From an uncultured Desulfurococcaceae archaeon (lineage in GTDB: Archaea > Thermoproteota > Thermoprotei_A > Sulfolobales > NBVN01): 64,000 nucleotides of DNA. This document shows, in pieces, positions 39,899 to 49,206 of the stretch. Where the stretch lies: NCBI GenBank assembly GCA_964592745.1, contig CAZQFL010000007.1, positions 375 through 64,374 on the forward strand, written 5' to 3'. Numbering within the stretch: the first letter of the stretch is position 1; each line of letters opens with the position of its first letter. The translations under genes were made by a program, and so were the position numbers. Below the pieces are notes generated by a model. The model was not told the DNA's origin, did not search any database, and saw only the letters and a list, made by a program, of their open reading frames with translations.

Positions 39899-41235
39899 CA
39901 AAAATCATGGCTAAGAATGCTTTACTATTATTCATTTATGAACGTGATAACAAGTACGGCACTCATGTATTAATAGGGTCTCTTGAACAAACAGGTATTG
40001 ATGAGCACTTCAACATACTGCTTTTAAACCTTGAGAAGGCTTTAAAAGTCATGCCAAGTCTTGCTGATAAGTATAATGTTAAGGTATTAGCGTATTCAAT
40101 ACTAACAACACACTTAGTTGAAAGGCTGAAGATGATTCTTAAACTAACTGAGTTAGCGAGGAAACTAAACTTCATAACTGTGGCTGGAGGCCCTCATGCT
40201 ACTGGAGATCCTTATGGAACGCTATTATCTTTAGGGTTTGACTACGTAATTGTCGGTGAAGGTGAAAAATCTTTCGTGGAATTTCTTGATAGAGTAATTA
40301 ACTGTGATGATGTGAGTATGATTAAAGGAGTAGCTTACAGAGAGCGGGATAAAATCATAATTAATGGAAGGGGTTTTATATATGATTTGAGCAGTTATCC
40401 GGCTTTCTCTATTAAGTACGGATTATTTAATCCAATAGAAATAACTAGGGGTTGCCCGTATGCTTGTAAGTATTGTCAAGTGAGTTATATGTTCAGTGCT
40501 AAATTAAGACATAGGAATGTTGACGATATATTAAGACACTGTAGTGTATTGCTTAAGAAGGGTATTAAGGATATACGATTCATAACCCCTGATGCTCTAA
40601 GCTATGGAAGTAGAGGTTACGATGTAGACTTATCGGCATTAACTGATCTCATAGAGGCACTTCAGAAGATCAGGGCTCAAGGTGGTAGGGTATTCTTAGG
40701 GACATTTCCTAGTGAAATTAGACCTGAACACATCAATGAGGAGGTAGTTAGGTTACTCAAGAATAGGATTGATAATAAACGTATCATAATAGGTGCTCAA
40801 ACAGGTTCGGATAAGCTTCTTAAGGCTATTGGTAGGAGACATACAGTTGATGATGTAATTAACGCTATTGAAATCCTACGTAAGTATGGCTTTAATGTAG
40901 ATGTAGATTATATCTTCGGTCTACCCCATGAGGATGAGGAGGATATAGAACTAACCATTAAACATATGGAAAGAGTAGCATCTATGGGTGCTCGAATACA
41001 TGCTCACGTATTTATGCCATTACCCGGTACACCTTTCTCGTTCGCTCCACCAGGGAAGATCAGTAATAGATTAAGGAAATCTCTCTATAAACTACTTGGT
41101 AAGGGCTTAGTGTACGGTCAATGGGAGAGGCAAGAAAGAATAGCTGAGGTTATTGCTAAGTTGAGAGATAAAGGAATAATACTTATAACACCTCAACGTG
41201 CTAAGAATAGGCTTTGGAATAATAAACGTCCATAA
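39892..41235 (+). CDS. B12-binding-domain radical SAM protein
   Basis: The N-terminal Rossmann-like cobalamin-domain pattern is followed by GCPYACKYC (CxxxCxxC). The real start is probably the ATG at 39907. Confidence 0.8.
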   Translation: MVTKIMAKNALLLFIYERDNKYGTHVLIGSLEQTGIDEHFNILLLNLEKALKVMPSLADKYNVKVLAYSILTTHLVERLKMILKLTELARKLNFITVAGGPHATGDPYGTLLSLGFDYVIVGEGEKSFVEFLDRVINCDDVSMIKGVAYRERDKIIINGRGFIYDLSSYPAFSIKYGLFNPIEITRGCPYACKYCQVSYMFSAKLRHRNVDDILRHCSVLLKKGIKDIRFITPDALSYGSRGYDVDLSALTDLIEALQKIRAQGGRVFLGTFPSEIRPEHINEEVVRLLKNRIDNKRIIIGAQTGSDKLLKAIGRRHTVDDVINAIEILRKYGFNVDVDYIFGLPHEDEEDIELTIKHMERVASMGARIHAHVFMPLPGTPFSFAPPGKISNRLRKSLYKLLGKGLVYGQWERQERIAEVIAKLRDKGIILITPQRAKNRLWNNKRP

Positions 41236-41239
41236 TTCA

Positions 41240-41929
41240 TCATCCCCTAAAATTAAATTGTTTCAAGAATCTCTTAATACTCCATGTAATCCTTAATATC
41301 TGAAGTCTTAACGATAAAGAATTGAGATAGTAGACAGGTATTGTCATACCCTTTCTAATTGCTTCTAGTATGTCCTCAACTTTATTTGACTTAGATTCGA
41401 TTAGGGTATAGGTAGTCCCTATCGCATTCAATATATGTGCATCAGAATTAGCTATTTTAGCTGCTGGAAAACCCTCAAATAATCTGTAGGTCAAGATATT
41501 AGTTAACGGATCACTAGCACCATTAAATACTTCAACTCCATCCCATACATTCACGTAGTATTTAACGACATAGTAACCCATACCTCTCCTAAGTATAGCT
41601 AAAGGATGGGCTGGTATAAGTAAGCAATTATAGCTTCTCGTTATATCAATCAATTCGTTAAACCTTGTTGATACGTCTTCAAAATAGTCCTCACAAAGTA
41701 GCAATATATCACCAAATTCTGTCCTAACCTCATTTCCGTAAATTACGGTAACATCCTTAACGTATGACCTACTAGCTATGACAGCACCTAAAAATGTATC
41801 ATGATCAGTTATTGATATCGCATTAAGCCCTACTCTACGTGCATACCTAACTATATCATGCGGATGCGCCATACCATCACTAACTATTGAGTGAATGTGT
41901 AAATCGGCTCTAATCATCACCTGTACCAT
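41240..41929 (-). CDS. PHP-domain metal-dependent phosphoesterase
   Basis: ADLHIHS..SDG and ITDHD motifs, plus a later AHP. Confidence 0.8.
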   Translation of the reverse strand: MVQVMIRADLHIHSIVSDGMAHPHDIVRYARRVGLNAISITDHDTFLGAVIASRSYVKDVTVIYGNEVRTEFGDILLLCEDYFEDVSTRFNELIDITRSYNCLLIPAHPLAILRRGMGYYVVKYYVNVWDGVEVFNGASDPLTNILTYRLFEGFPAAKIANSDAHILNAIGTTYTLIESKSNKVEDILEAIRKGMTIPVYYLNSLSLRLQILRITWSIKRFLKQFNFRG

Positions 41930-41997
41930 AAGTAGATTTCTATGAAGCTTGTATTAAACATTATATTTTGTGAGTAAGTAATGGTATTGGTGATTAT

Positions 41998-42561
41998 TTG
42001 AAAATTCACTTAAGCATCGTAGGTAATGTACCTCACAATGTAATTAACGATGTAGTAAACACTTTATCTAAGGCCTTCCATGCTGAAGTAAGTTTATCAC
42101 ATATCGATGTAATACCATCAAACTTATATGTACCCTCAAGGGCGCAGTATAGAGCTGATGCAATAAACCTATGGCTCTTATCAAAATTCAATAGGATACT
42201 TAAAAGAGTCAACTACTTAGTAGCGCTAATTGAGTATGACGCCTACGTCCCAGGATTAAATTTTGTTTTTGGTCTAGCATCACCGCACTTAAGACTTGCT
42301 TCAGTATACCTATACAGGTTAAAGTTCTTATTACCTTCATCCACTGAAGGTGAGAGAATACTTAAAGAAAGGGTTAGAAAGGAGGTAATGCATGAAATGG
42401 GTCACCTCCTAGGACTTAACCACTGCCCTAACATCTACTGTGTTATGCACTTCAGTAATAGCATTATGGATACTGATAGAAAGAGCTGGAAGTATTGTAG
42501 TTCATGTGCTCAAGGAATAAAATCATCGGGTATTACATTAGATAATGACTACATACTGTAA
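41998..42561 (+). CDS. amzA: archaemetzincin
   Basis: Zinc motif HEMGHLLGLNHC followed by CVM...C..C. Confidence 0.85.
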   Translation: MKIHLSIVGNVPHNVINDVVNTLSKAFHAEVSLSHIDVIPSNLYVPSRAQYRADAINLWLLSKFNRILKRVNYLVALIEYDAYVPGLNFVFGLASPHLRLASVYLYRLKFLLPSSTEGERILKERVRKEVMHEMGHLLGLNHCPNIYCVMHFSNSIMDTDRKSWKYCSSCAQGIKSSGITLDNDYIL

Positions 42562-42765
42562 TAGGGCTCCTTTGATCGAAATGGTAAGTAACACTTAGTT
42601 ACTTACGAACTCATTAGGTAATTAACCCTTTTAGTAACTCAAGAGTAAATATATAACATCTCCTCATGGGTAACACGTCAACTAATATTAAATCACTATA
42701 GCTATTAAGTAAAGGTGTTATAAGTATTTAAGTAATTATGTACGCTTGGGTGCGTATAGATAGCA

Positions 42766-43830
42766 ATGTTCAGTGCTGTAATTAAGGAATTGATTAATGC
42801 GTTATTATCGATAAGAATTGAGAGACCTAAGTATAAATTATCTTTAGAAGACTACGATATTAAAGGATTAATTAGAGAAGTAGGTATTCATAAGCTTGAG
42901 AGACCTATTAGGTTGTTGAGAGTTGGAGCAATAGATGCAGCTTCCGTTAGCATTCATGTAGGATTTAGTGAATTAGCTATTGCTGCAGTTAGCTATGTTG
43001 GTCATAGATTGTTCATTGCTTTACCTAGCTATAAGAACATTAATGTAAGTTCGGACATACCACCAATAATTAGTTCGTACATTTCATTAAACAATGTTAA
43101 GTGGATAACTAATAAGTATGTCAAGATAGGAACTAAATACTTAGATGATCCTGAGTTACCTGAAGGTGCTCTTGCTCATGACATTAGAATATCCTTAGAG
43201 TCATATATGATTAAGGAATTAGCTAATTTCGTGGATGCTGATGTTGTAATTATTGATGGGCCTATAGAGTATCCATTAAAGCATCCAGTAGAGGAGAGCA
43301 AGTGGAATAGAGAGATAAAATTGCTTAATGAAGAACGTGTTAAGAGCATAAGAGGACTTGTGGAAAAAGGTGTAATACCGGTATCTATAGTCAAGAGAAT
43401 ATCAGGGTCAAGATATTTAGTAAGAAATCCTAAGGAGGCCATTAATGATGCGTTAATAATAACTAAGATTATTGATAACATTGATAAACCCTCCTACCTG
43501 GGACCTATAATTACTAGAGGTAGGTATTCAAATATGACTAAATACTTGTATTACATTGTAATACCCATCAAGACGCACTTAACATCCTATAGCTTATTTA
43601 GGGTAGAATTACCTAAGGAAGCTATCGAATCATTTAGTACTGAATACATCAACAATACTTTATCGTACTTAGCTTACAACTCACTAGGTTATGGTTTATC
43701 CTTACCTTATAAGCTCTTACAGGCTGATAGAGCAAGTAAGAAGATAGTATCGATTATTTCATCATTAACTGAGGGGATTTTAAGACTTAAAGGCATACCG
43801 TTAATTCAGGGAGGTATGTTGTATGAGTGA
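42766..43830 (+). CDS. nurA: NurA-like 5'-3' nuclease
   Basis: GAIDAAS and VVIIDGPI Asp-containing motifs are spaced as in NurA. The gene overlaps the following HerA-like gene by 8 nt. Confidence 0.55.
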   Translation: MFSAVIKELINALLSIRIERPKYKLSLEDYDIKGLIREVGIHKLERPIRLLRVGAIDAASVSIHVGFSELAIAAVSYVGHRLFIALPSYKNINVSSDIPPIISSYISLNNVKWITNKYVKIGTKYLDDPELPEGALAHDIRISLESYMIKELANFVDADVVIIDGPIEYPLKHPVEESKWNREIKLLNEERVKSIRGLVEKGVIPVSIVKRISGSRYLVRNPKEAINDALIITKIIDNIDKPSYLGPIITRGRYSNMTKYLYYIVIPIKTHLTSYSLFRVELPKEAIESFSTEYINNTLSYLAYNSLGYGLSLPYKLLQADRASKKIVSIISSLTEGILRLKGIPLIQGGMLYE

Positions 43831-45631
43831 TAACTCTATGGATATCGTTAGTAAGAATGTGGTATTAGCTTATGAGAAGGCTAAATCGTTAGGTGAAGTA
43901 ATAGGTATAGTATCAAGGAGGTCGCCTTCTAGAATAGTTAAGGAAGAGAACAGAGTATATGTTGAGGTAAAGCCAGACGTATACTATAGGTTAGGTTTAG
44001 AATTAAGTGTTGGAAGTTACTTATTAACTGTAGATATAAGGACACTTAAAGTTGTTGGTTTAAGAGTTCAATCCATTAATAGATTTGATGCTGCATCAGA
44101 TTTACAGTTATCGTCATTGATATCATTAGAGCCTGAACCTGAGGGATTATTAACCAACGTTATAGTTGAAGCAGCGCCATTATTAACCGAAGATGGTGAG
44201 CCCTTCGGTACAGCTATAGAACCTCAATCCCCTGTAGTTTTACCATCAAAGCCTGACATACTATCCAGACTTATAGGTATACCTGAGGAGGGTATTCTTA
44301 TAGGGTTCTTACATAGTGGTGTAAGCCCTATAGCTAAGGGATTAGTACCCTTAAGAGTTCCAAGGAGGGAGTTCTTTAAGCATATGCTAATTATAGGAAC
44401 CACAGGGTCAGGTAAAACAACATTTGTTAAGAACTTAATGTACTCAATTATGAACTCATGGAGTGAAGCCTCATTAGTTGTAATTGATGCTGCAGGAGAT
44501 TATACGCAAATAATCATACCCCCACCGGAAGAACCTCATGAATCAGCGATATTTAGAAGGTACTTAAGCAAGAATAAATACATCGATTGGATCTCAGTAC
44601 TAGTACCCTTAAGAAAAGGTGATAGTGATTTAAGATCCTTTGTATTAAGTTACATTAAAGACAAGCTTGAAAGAATATGTAGAGAGTTCCATGGAAGTGA
44701 TTTAGAGGTATCAATCGAAGGTACACGTAATTTTGAATTTACATACTCGCTAGTTACCAAAATAACTATCAATAATTACAGCGCCTATGTAGAGGTAATA
44801 CCTATATCACTAAGCTATATCCAAATAAGAGATCATTTAGAGATATTTCCTCTATTTTCTCGTCAAGCTAAGGTATTCTTAAGAAATGTAATTAATTATC
44901 TTGAATCTTACGCTAGCGGTATAACTAATTTTACGTACCTATATAGGATATTCCAGGACAGAAGTAATGATTTAGTAAGAGTTTTAAAGATTCATAGAGG
45001 AACCCTAGAAAATATAGAGAGAGCTCTTAATTTCATAGCTAGTTCTGAGGAGGTTGACGTTAGTATCGGTAGGAAGATTTTTGGTATGCCATCTATAGAT
45101 ACATTAATGAGGAAGTACAGAGGACCTATAATACTAGACTTAGATTATGCATTAATAAGGGGTGCTCACTACTTAATAGCTAATTTAATCGCATACGAAT
45201 TTCTTAGATCACTCTATACGTGGAAGAGAAGTCTAGGCTATGGTAAACCAGTCATAGTAGTTCTTGATGAAGCTCATAGATTCTTCCCATCTGAGGGTAC
45301 ATCAACAGAGGAGGTAGAATTACTTGCTGACTTCATATCCAGGATAGCTAGGTTAGGTAGGTCAAAAGGTTTAGGACTTATATTTTCAACACACTCACCT
45401 AAGGATGTGCACAAGATAGTGATTCAGTTAACGAATACAAAGGTAATATTTAGAAGTGAGAGGGAGTACTTGGAGTTTTTAGATGTACCAAGGGAGTTCA
45501 TACCCATACTTGAGTTAGCTCAAGATAGGGTTGGTTTATTGAGAACACCAGCTATAAGATCAGGTTACGCATTATTTAAGACATCAGAACCATTATTAGG
45601 TCATTACGATGTAGGTAGGTTAATTAAGTAA
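43823..45631 (+). CDS. herA: HerA/DUF87-type hexameric ATPase
   Basis: Walker A IIGTTGSGKTTF, Walker B VVVLDEAHRFFP, and an N-terminal HAS-barrel-like beta region. Confidence 0.75.
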   Translation: MSDNSMDIVSKNVVLAYEKAKSLGEVIGIVSRRSPSRIVKEENRVYVEVKPDVYYRLGLELSVGSYLLTVDIRTLKVVGLRVQSINRFDAASDLQLSSLISLEPEPEGLLTNVIVEAAPLLTEDGEPFGTAIEPQSPVVLPSKPDILSRLIGIPEEGILIGFLHSGVSPIAKGLVPLRVPRREFFKHMLIIGTTGSGKTTFVKNLMYSIMNSWSEASLVVIDAAGDYTQIIIPPPEEPHESAIFRRYLSKNKYIDWISVLVPLRKGDSDLRSFVLSYIKDKLERICREFHGSDLEVSIEGTRNFEFTYSLVTKITINNYSAYVEVIPISLSYIQIRDHLEIFPLFSRQAKVFLRNVINYLESYASGITNFTYLYRIFQDRSNDLVRVLKIHRGTLENIERALNFIASSEEVDVSIGRKIFGMPSIDTLMRKYRGPIILDLDYALIRGAHYLIANLIAYEFLRSLYTWKRSLGYGKPVIVVLDEAHRFFPSEGTSTEEVELLADFISRIARLGRSKGLGLIFSTHSPKDVHKIVIQLTNTKVIFRSEREYLEFLDVPREFIPILELAQDRVGLLRTPAIRSGYALFKTSEPLLGHYDVGRLIK

Positions 45632-45645
45632 CTCTCGACTAATGA

Positions 45646-46602
45646 TTACCTTAAATGAATTACATCACCTGCCTCAATACGTTTAACTTCATCATTAACT
45701 TTAACTAATAATCTACCAAGCTTATCAACACCTATAGCTTTACCCTCAATAATTTCACCACCTACAAGATGCACTCTTACATGTCTGCCTATGGTTGCAG
45801 AACTTTTTAACCATTCCGTGATTATGTAATCGATATGGCCTCTTAACAATCTAGAGTATAGTAAGTCTAAATTTATAAGTATTGAACGAAGTAAGGTTAC
45901 TCTTGGTACATTATTACCGATTGCATCCTTTAAACTTATTGCTGAGTCTCTTAATTCCTCAGGTATGGTGTTATTTACGTTAATTCCTATACCTATCAGA
46001 GCATAAAGTAGTCTATCAGCTTCAGCTTTCGCCTCAATAAGTATGCCAGAGACCTTCCTCTCATTTATTAATACGTCATTAGGCCATTTAAGCCTTGCAT
46101 TTATATCTAGGATATTCTTAATAGCTTTAAGAACTGAAAGACCTGCAATGAAGCTTAGCAGGTGGAGTGATTTAATGAATGGAGGTCTCAATACTAAAGT
46201 AAACCATAGACCACCTTCAGGCGCGTACCAATATCTACCAAGTCTGCCCCTCCCCCTACTCATAGTTTCACAAATAACTATGGTACCTTCATTAGCGCCT
46301 TGATGCGCTAATTCCTCAGCAACATCCTGAGTTGTAGTACATGACTTCATGTATAGGGCAGTGTATTTAATGTTAGTATTTAAGTCTTTTAGGTACTCAT
46401 TAGCTTTACTCAGATCATCCTCATCAACTAATCTATATCCAAGCTTAGGGTGTGACTCTATAAAGAACCCCCTGCTTCTTAGAGAATTAATTATCTTATT
46501 AACCATGGACCTAGAGATGGAAAACCTCCTAGCTATCTCTGATCCAGATATGTAATTATTATAATGTGATTTCAGTATTGAGAGAATTTTTTCTTCAAGC
46601 AA
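45646..46602 (-). CDS. birA: bifunctional biotin-protein ligase / biotin operon repressor
   Basis: The N-terminal wHTH (ISGSEIARRFSISRSMVNKIINSLR) is followed by GRGRLGRYW and KWPNDV ligase motifs. Confidence 0.9.
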   Translation of the reverse strand: MLEEKILSILKSHYNNYISGSEIARRFSISRSMVNKIINSLRSRGFFIESHPKLGYRLVDEDDLSKANEYLKDLNTNIKYTALYMKSCTTTQDVAEELAHQGANEGTIVICETMSRGRGRLGRYWYAPEGGLWFTLVLRPPFIKSLHLLSFIAGLSVLKAIKNILDINARLKWPNDVLINERKVSGILIEAKAEADRLLYALIGIGINVNNTIPEELRDSAISLKDAIGNNVPRVTLLRSILINLDLLYSRLLRGHIDYIITEWLKSSATIGRHVRVHLVGGEIIEGKAIGVDKLGRLLVKVNDEVKRIEAGDVIHLR

Positions 46603-46661
46603 TAGATAGCACCCTATACGTAAATTAATGTAAGCATTATAGACTTTAGCACCACCTCACT

Positions 46662-46719
46662 ATGAACAGTTCAAAACTATAAACGGTTTTATCTTATAGA
46701 TATATGGTGTACTGTTCAT
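46662..46719. promoter_or_regulatory. nested inverted repeat in the birA-bioY divergent region (candidate BirA operator/promoter)
   Basis: ATGAACAGT (46662-46670) is the exact reverse complement of ACTGTTCAT (46711-46719). The second arm overlaps the bioY ATG at 46718. An inner pair CTATAA/TTATAG and TATA-like TTATAGATATAT lie between the arms. Confidence 0.4.
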
Positions 46720-47338
46720 GAATTTTAAGGATTACAATGTTCATACTCTACTCATGATATTCTGTACTGCCATGACTATAGTAGGTGCTCAAATAGCGTT
46801 TAAAGTAGGGCTGATACCATATACTTTCCAGAATTTTGGTCTTATACTTGCAGGTTTGCTACTACAGCCTAAACACGCGTTAATGTCACAATTACTTTAC
46901 ATCACCTTAATAGGGTTAGGATTACCTGTAGCAGCAGGTTTTAGAGGTGGTCCTTATATTCTTATAGGGCACACATCCGGCTATCTCTGGATGTTTCCAG
47001 TAACATCATATATTATGTCGCTTATTTCACGTAAATATATAGAGATAAGAGGTAGGAGCTTAGACCTTATGAATAAGTTTGATATTATATCTTTATTAAT
47101 ACTTTCCCTCATTTCAGCATTACCTCTATACTTAGTTGGGGGTTTTGTGTTTGCCATCTACACCATACCAGTACTGCCTGGTAAGGACATCATTAGCGTT
47201 ATCCATGAATACTTTAAGTACTCTTTACTACTGAATATTCCCTTTATGCTTCAAGATTTACTCATGGATCATTTAGCTGCAATAATTACTGCTAGGCAAA
47301 TCTATAAATTATTAAGAGTTAAGGGTATGATTCCATGA
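46718..47338 (+). CDS. bioY: biotin ECF transporter S component BioY
   Basis: 6-TM protein with the FQNFGLILAGLLL...GLPV..GFRGG...GYLWMFP pattern typical of BioY. Confidence 0.8.
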   Translation: MNFKDYNVHTLLMIFCTAMTIVGAQIAFKVGLIPYTFQNFGLILAGLLLQPKHALMSQLLYITLIGLGLPVAAGFRGGPYILIGHTSGYLWMFPVTSYIMSLISRKYIEIRGRSLDLMNKFDIISLLILSLISALPLYLVGGFVFAIYTIPVLPGKDIISVIHEYFKYSLLLNIPFMLQDLLMDHLAAIITARQIYKLLRVKGMIP

Positions 47339-48582
47339 TCATCGCTAAGAACTTAAATATAAAGCTTAGGGGTTCAGTCATAGTAAGGAATTTAGACTTA
47401 CAGATTAGCGAAGGTGAGATCGCCTTAATTACCGGACCTACAGGATCAGGTAAATCATTAATACTTAAGATATTATCGGGAGTTACTTATTTCCTTTACC
47501 CGGCATTAGAAGTCACTGGTTATGTAAAGGTATTTGGATTGAACCCTCAGGAAGCATTTCTCAGGGGCTTAACTTATTACATACCCCAAGATATTAATCT
47601 AGGTTTAATAAACGATTCATTTATTGATGAACTTGCGTTTTATGGTATTGAATCAATTCCATATGAAGTTATAAGTAAGCTTGGACTTGAGCATGCTGTA
47701 AAGAAAGCATTCAATAATTTATCAGTTGGTGAGAAGTACTTAATTATGATTTTACTTTCAATATTGACTAAGGCTAAGGCATTATTTATTGATGAACCTT
47801 CAACTCACTTAGATATTGATAGTTTAAAGCATATACTTAACATACTCAGAGAAATAGCTGTAACGAGCGGTCTAACTATCTTAATAGCTGATCATAAGCC
47901 ATCGCTTATTAGAAGATTTGCTGATAAAGTATACTTTATCAATGATAACTATAGAGAGTGTGACATCCCAACTATACCTCTAAAGAGACCTTCAAGTAAA
48001 GCATTAAATAAATATCTCTTAGTTATTGATAATCTATGGTTTAAGTATCATGGTTCAAGTAAGTGGTTATTTAAAGGATTTAATGAAGTCCTAGATAGAG
48101 GCTCTGTAAGTACGGTTCTAGGCCCAGTAGGTTCAGGAAAGACCACATTAGCGCGTATTATTGTTGGGTATCTAAAGCCTATTAAAGGAAGTGTGAAGAG
48201 AGTTGACAATCTATTTTATATCCCTCAAGAACCTATTTATTGGTTCATTCATGAATATGTAGAAGATGAAGTTAAGCTTCTTTGCGATATTGACTATAGG
48301 CAATTACTAAAATATGTAGGCCTAAGTGAAAAGTTGCGTGTAAATCCACATACATTAAGTGTTGGGGAGGCTAGAGCTCTTTCTGTCTATATAGCTTACT
48401 TTAGTAACAGGGATTTAATAGTGATTGATGAACCTACACTAGGTCTTGACTATAAATTAAGGGAATGTGTAACTGATTTAATTAAATTAAGCTGTAATGA
48501 AGGTAAAGGTTCACTAATTTTAACACACGATAAGGAGTTTGCTTCTAAGGTTAATGGTAAGGTAAGTGTTATAGGTGAGTAA
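47335..48582 (+). CDS. fused double ABC ATPase of an ECF transporter (EcfA-A'/BioM-like)
   Basis: Two Walker A sites (GPTGSGKS, GPVGSGKT), two signature-like motifs (LSVGEKY, LSVGEAR) and two Walker B sites (LFIDEP, IVIDEP). Confidence 0.8.
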   Translation: MIIAKNLNIKLRGSVIVRNLDLQISEGEIALITGPTGSGKSLILKILSGVTYFLYPALEVTGYVKVFGLNPQEAFLRGLTYYIPQDINLGLINDSFIDELAFYGIESIPYEVISKLGLEHAVKKAFNNLSVGEKYLIMILLSILTKAKALFIDEPSTHLDIDSLKHILNILREIAVTSGLTILIADHKPSLIRRFADKVYFINDNYRECDIPTIPLKRPSSKALNKYLLVIDNLWFKYHGSSKWLFKGFNEVLDRGSVSTVLGPVGSGKTTLARIIVGYLKPIKGSVKRVDNLFYIPQEPIYWFIHEYVEDEVKLLCDIDYRQLLKYVGLSEKLRVNPHTLSVGEARALSVYIAYFSNRDLIVIDEPTLGLDYKLRECVTDLIKLSCNEGKGSLILTHDKEFASKVNGKVSVIGE

Positions 48583-49183
48583 CTTGATAAAAAGCCTACG
48601 TACTGACTTAGCCGTTAGACTACTTATATTAATAACTTCATCAGTCATTATAATTACACAGGACTACGTAATCACTCAATTAATCATTCTTTGTTTACTG
48701 GTTATTATAGCTCATACATTATTAAAGCATATTAGATTACTCTACATGTACCTTACTTACGTCACTATTTTTACGATGTTTTTCTTTACAACTTCGATTT
48801 TTGTTCAATGGGCGTTTCAGGATGGTCTATGCATGCTAAGCTCTATATTAAGAATGATGAAGATGTATAACTTAAGTTTTGTTGCCTTCTTAGTTTTTGC
48901 TAGGCTAAGATTAAATATTAACATGCTAAAGTCAACCATTGGCAGAATATTCTTCTACGTATTAATTACATCTAAATTAATGTTTCACATTTACCTATTA
49001 GTAAATGACTCATATCATGTTGTGAAAATCAATTATGGATTTAGAGGCATTAAAGGTTTACTTAAACTTCTTTACTACTCCATTAGAGTGATTTCTATTA
49101 ATGCCTTAATTAAATGTATGGAATATTATGAATCTTTAATACTTAGGCTTCTAAGAGGTATCGTTAATACCTCTCACTCATAG
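48575..49183 (+). CDS. membrane protein, probable ECF T component (CbiQ/BioN-like, short)
   Basis: Hydrophobic 202-aa ORF translationally coupled to the ATPase. Assignment is from context only. Confidence 0.45.
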   Translation: MSNLIKSLRTDLAVRLLILITSSVIIITQDYVITQLIILCLLVIIAHTLLKHIRLLYMYLTYVTIFTMFFFTTSIFVQWAFQDGLCMLSSILRMMKMYNLSFVAFLVFARLRLNINMLKSTIGRIFFYVLITSKLMFHIYLLVNDSYHVVKINYGFRGIKGLLKLLYYSIRVISINALIKCMEYYESLILRLLRGIVNTSHS

Positions 49184-49206
49184 TATTTCTTAGCTAAGGG
49201 GTAAGT

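Noticed and set aside
42584-42606. A perfect 9-bp hairpin (GTAAGTAAC-ACTTA-GTTACTTAC) just downstream of the archaemetzincin gene, considered as a terminator.
   Set aside because: It is a short AT-rich hairpin of a kind that arises easily in AT-rich DNA. Archaeal termination relies mainly on oligo-T tracts, and nothing else supports a function.
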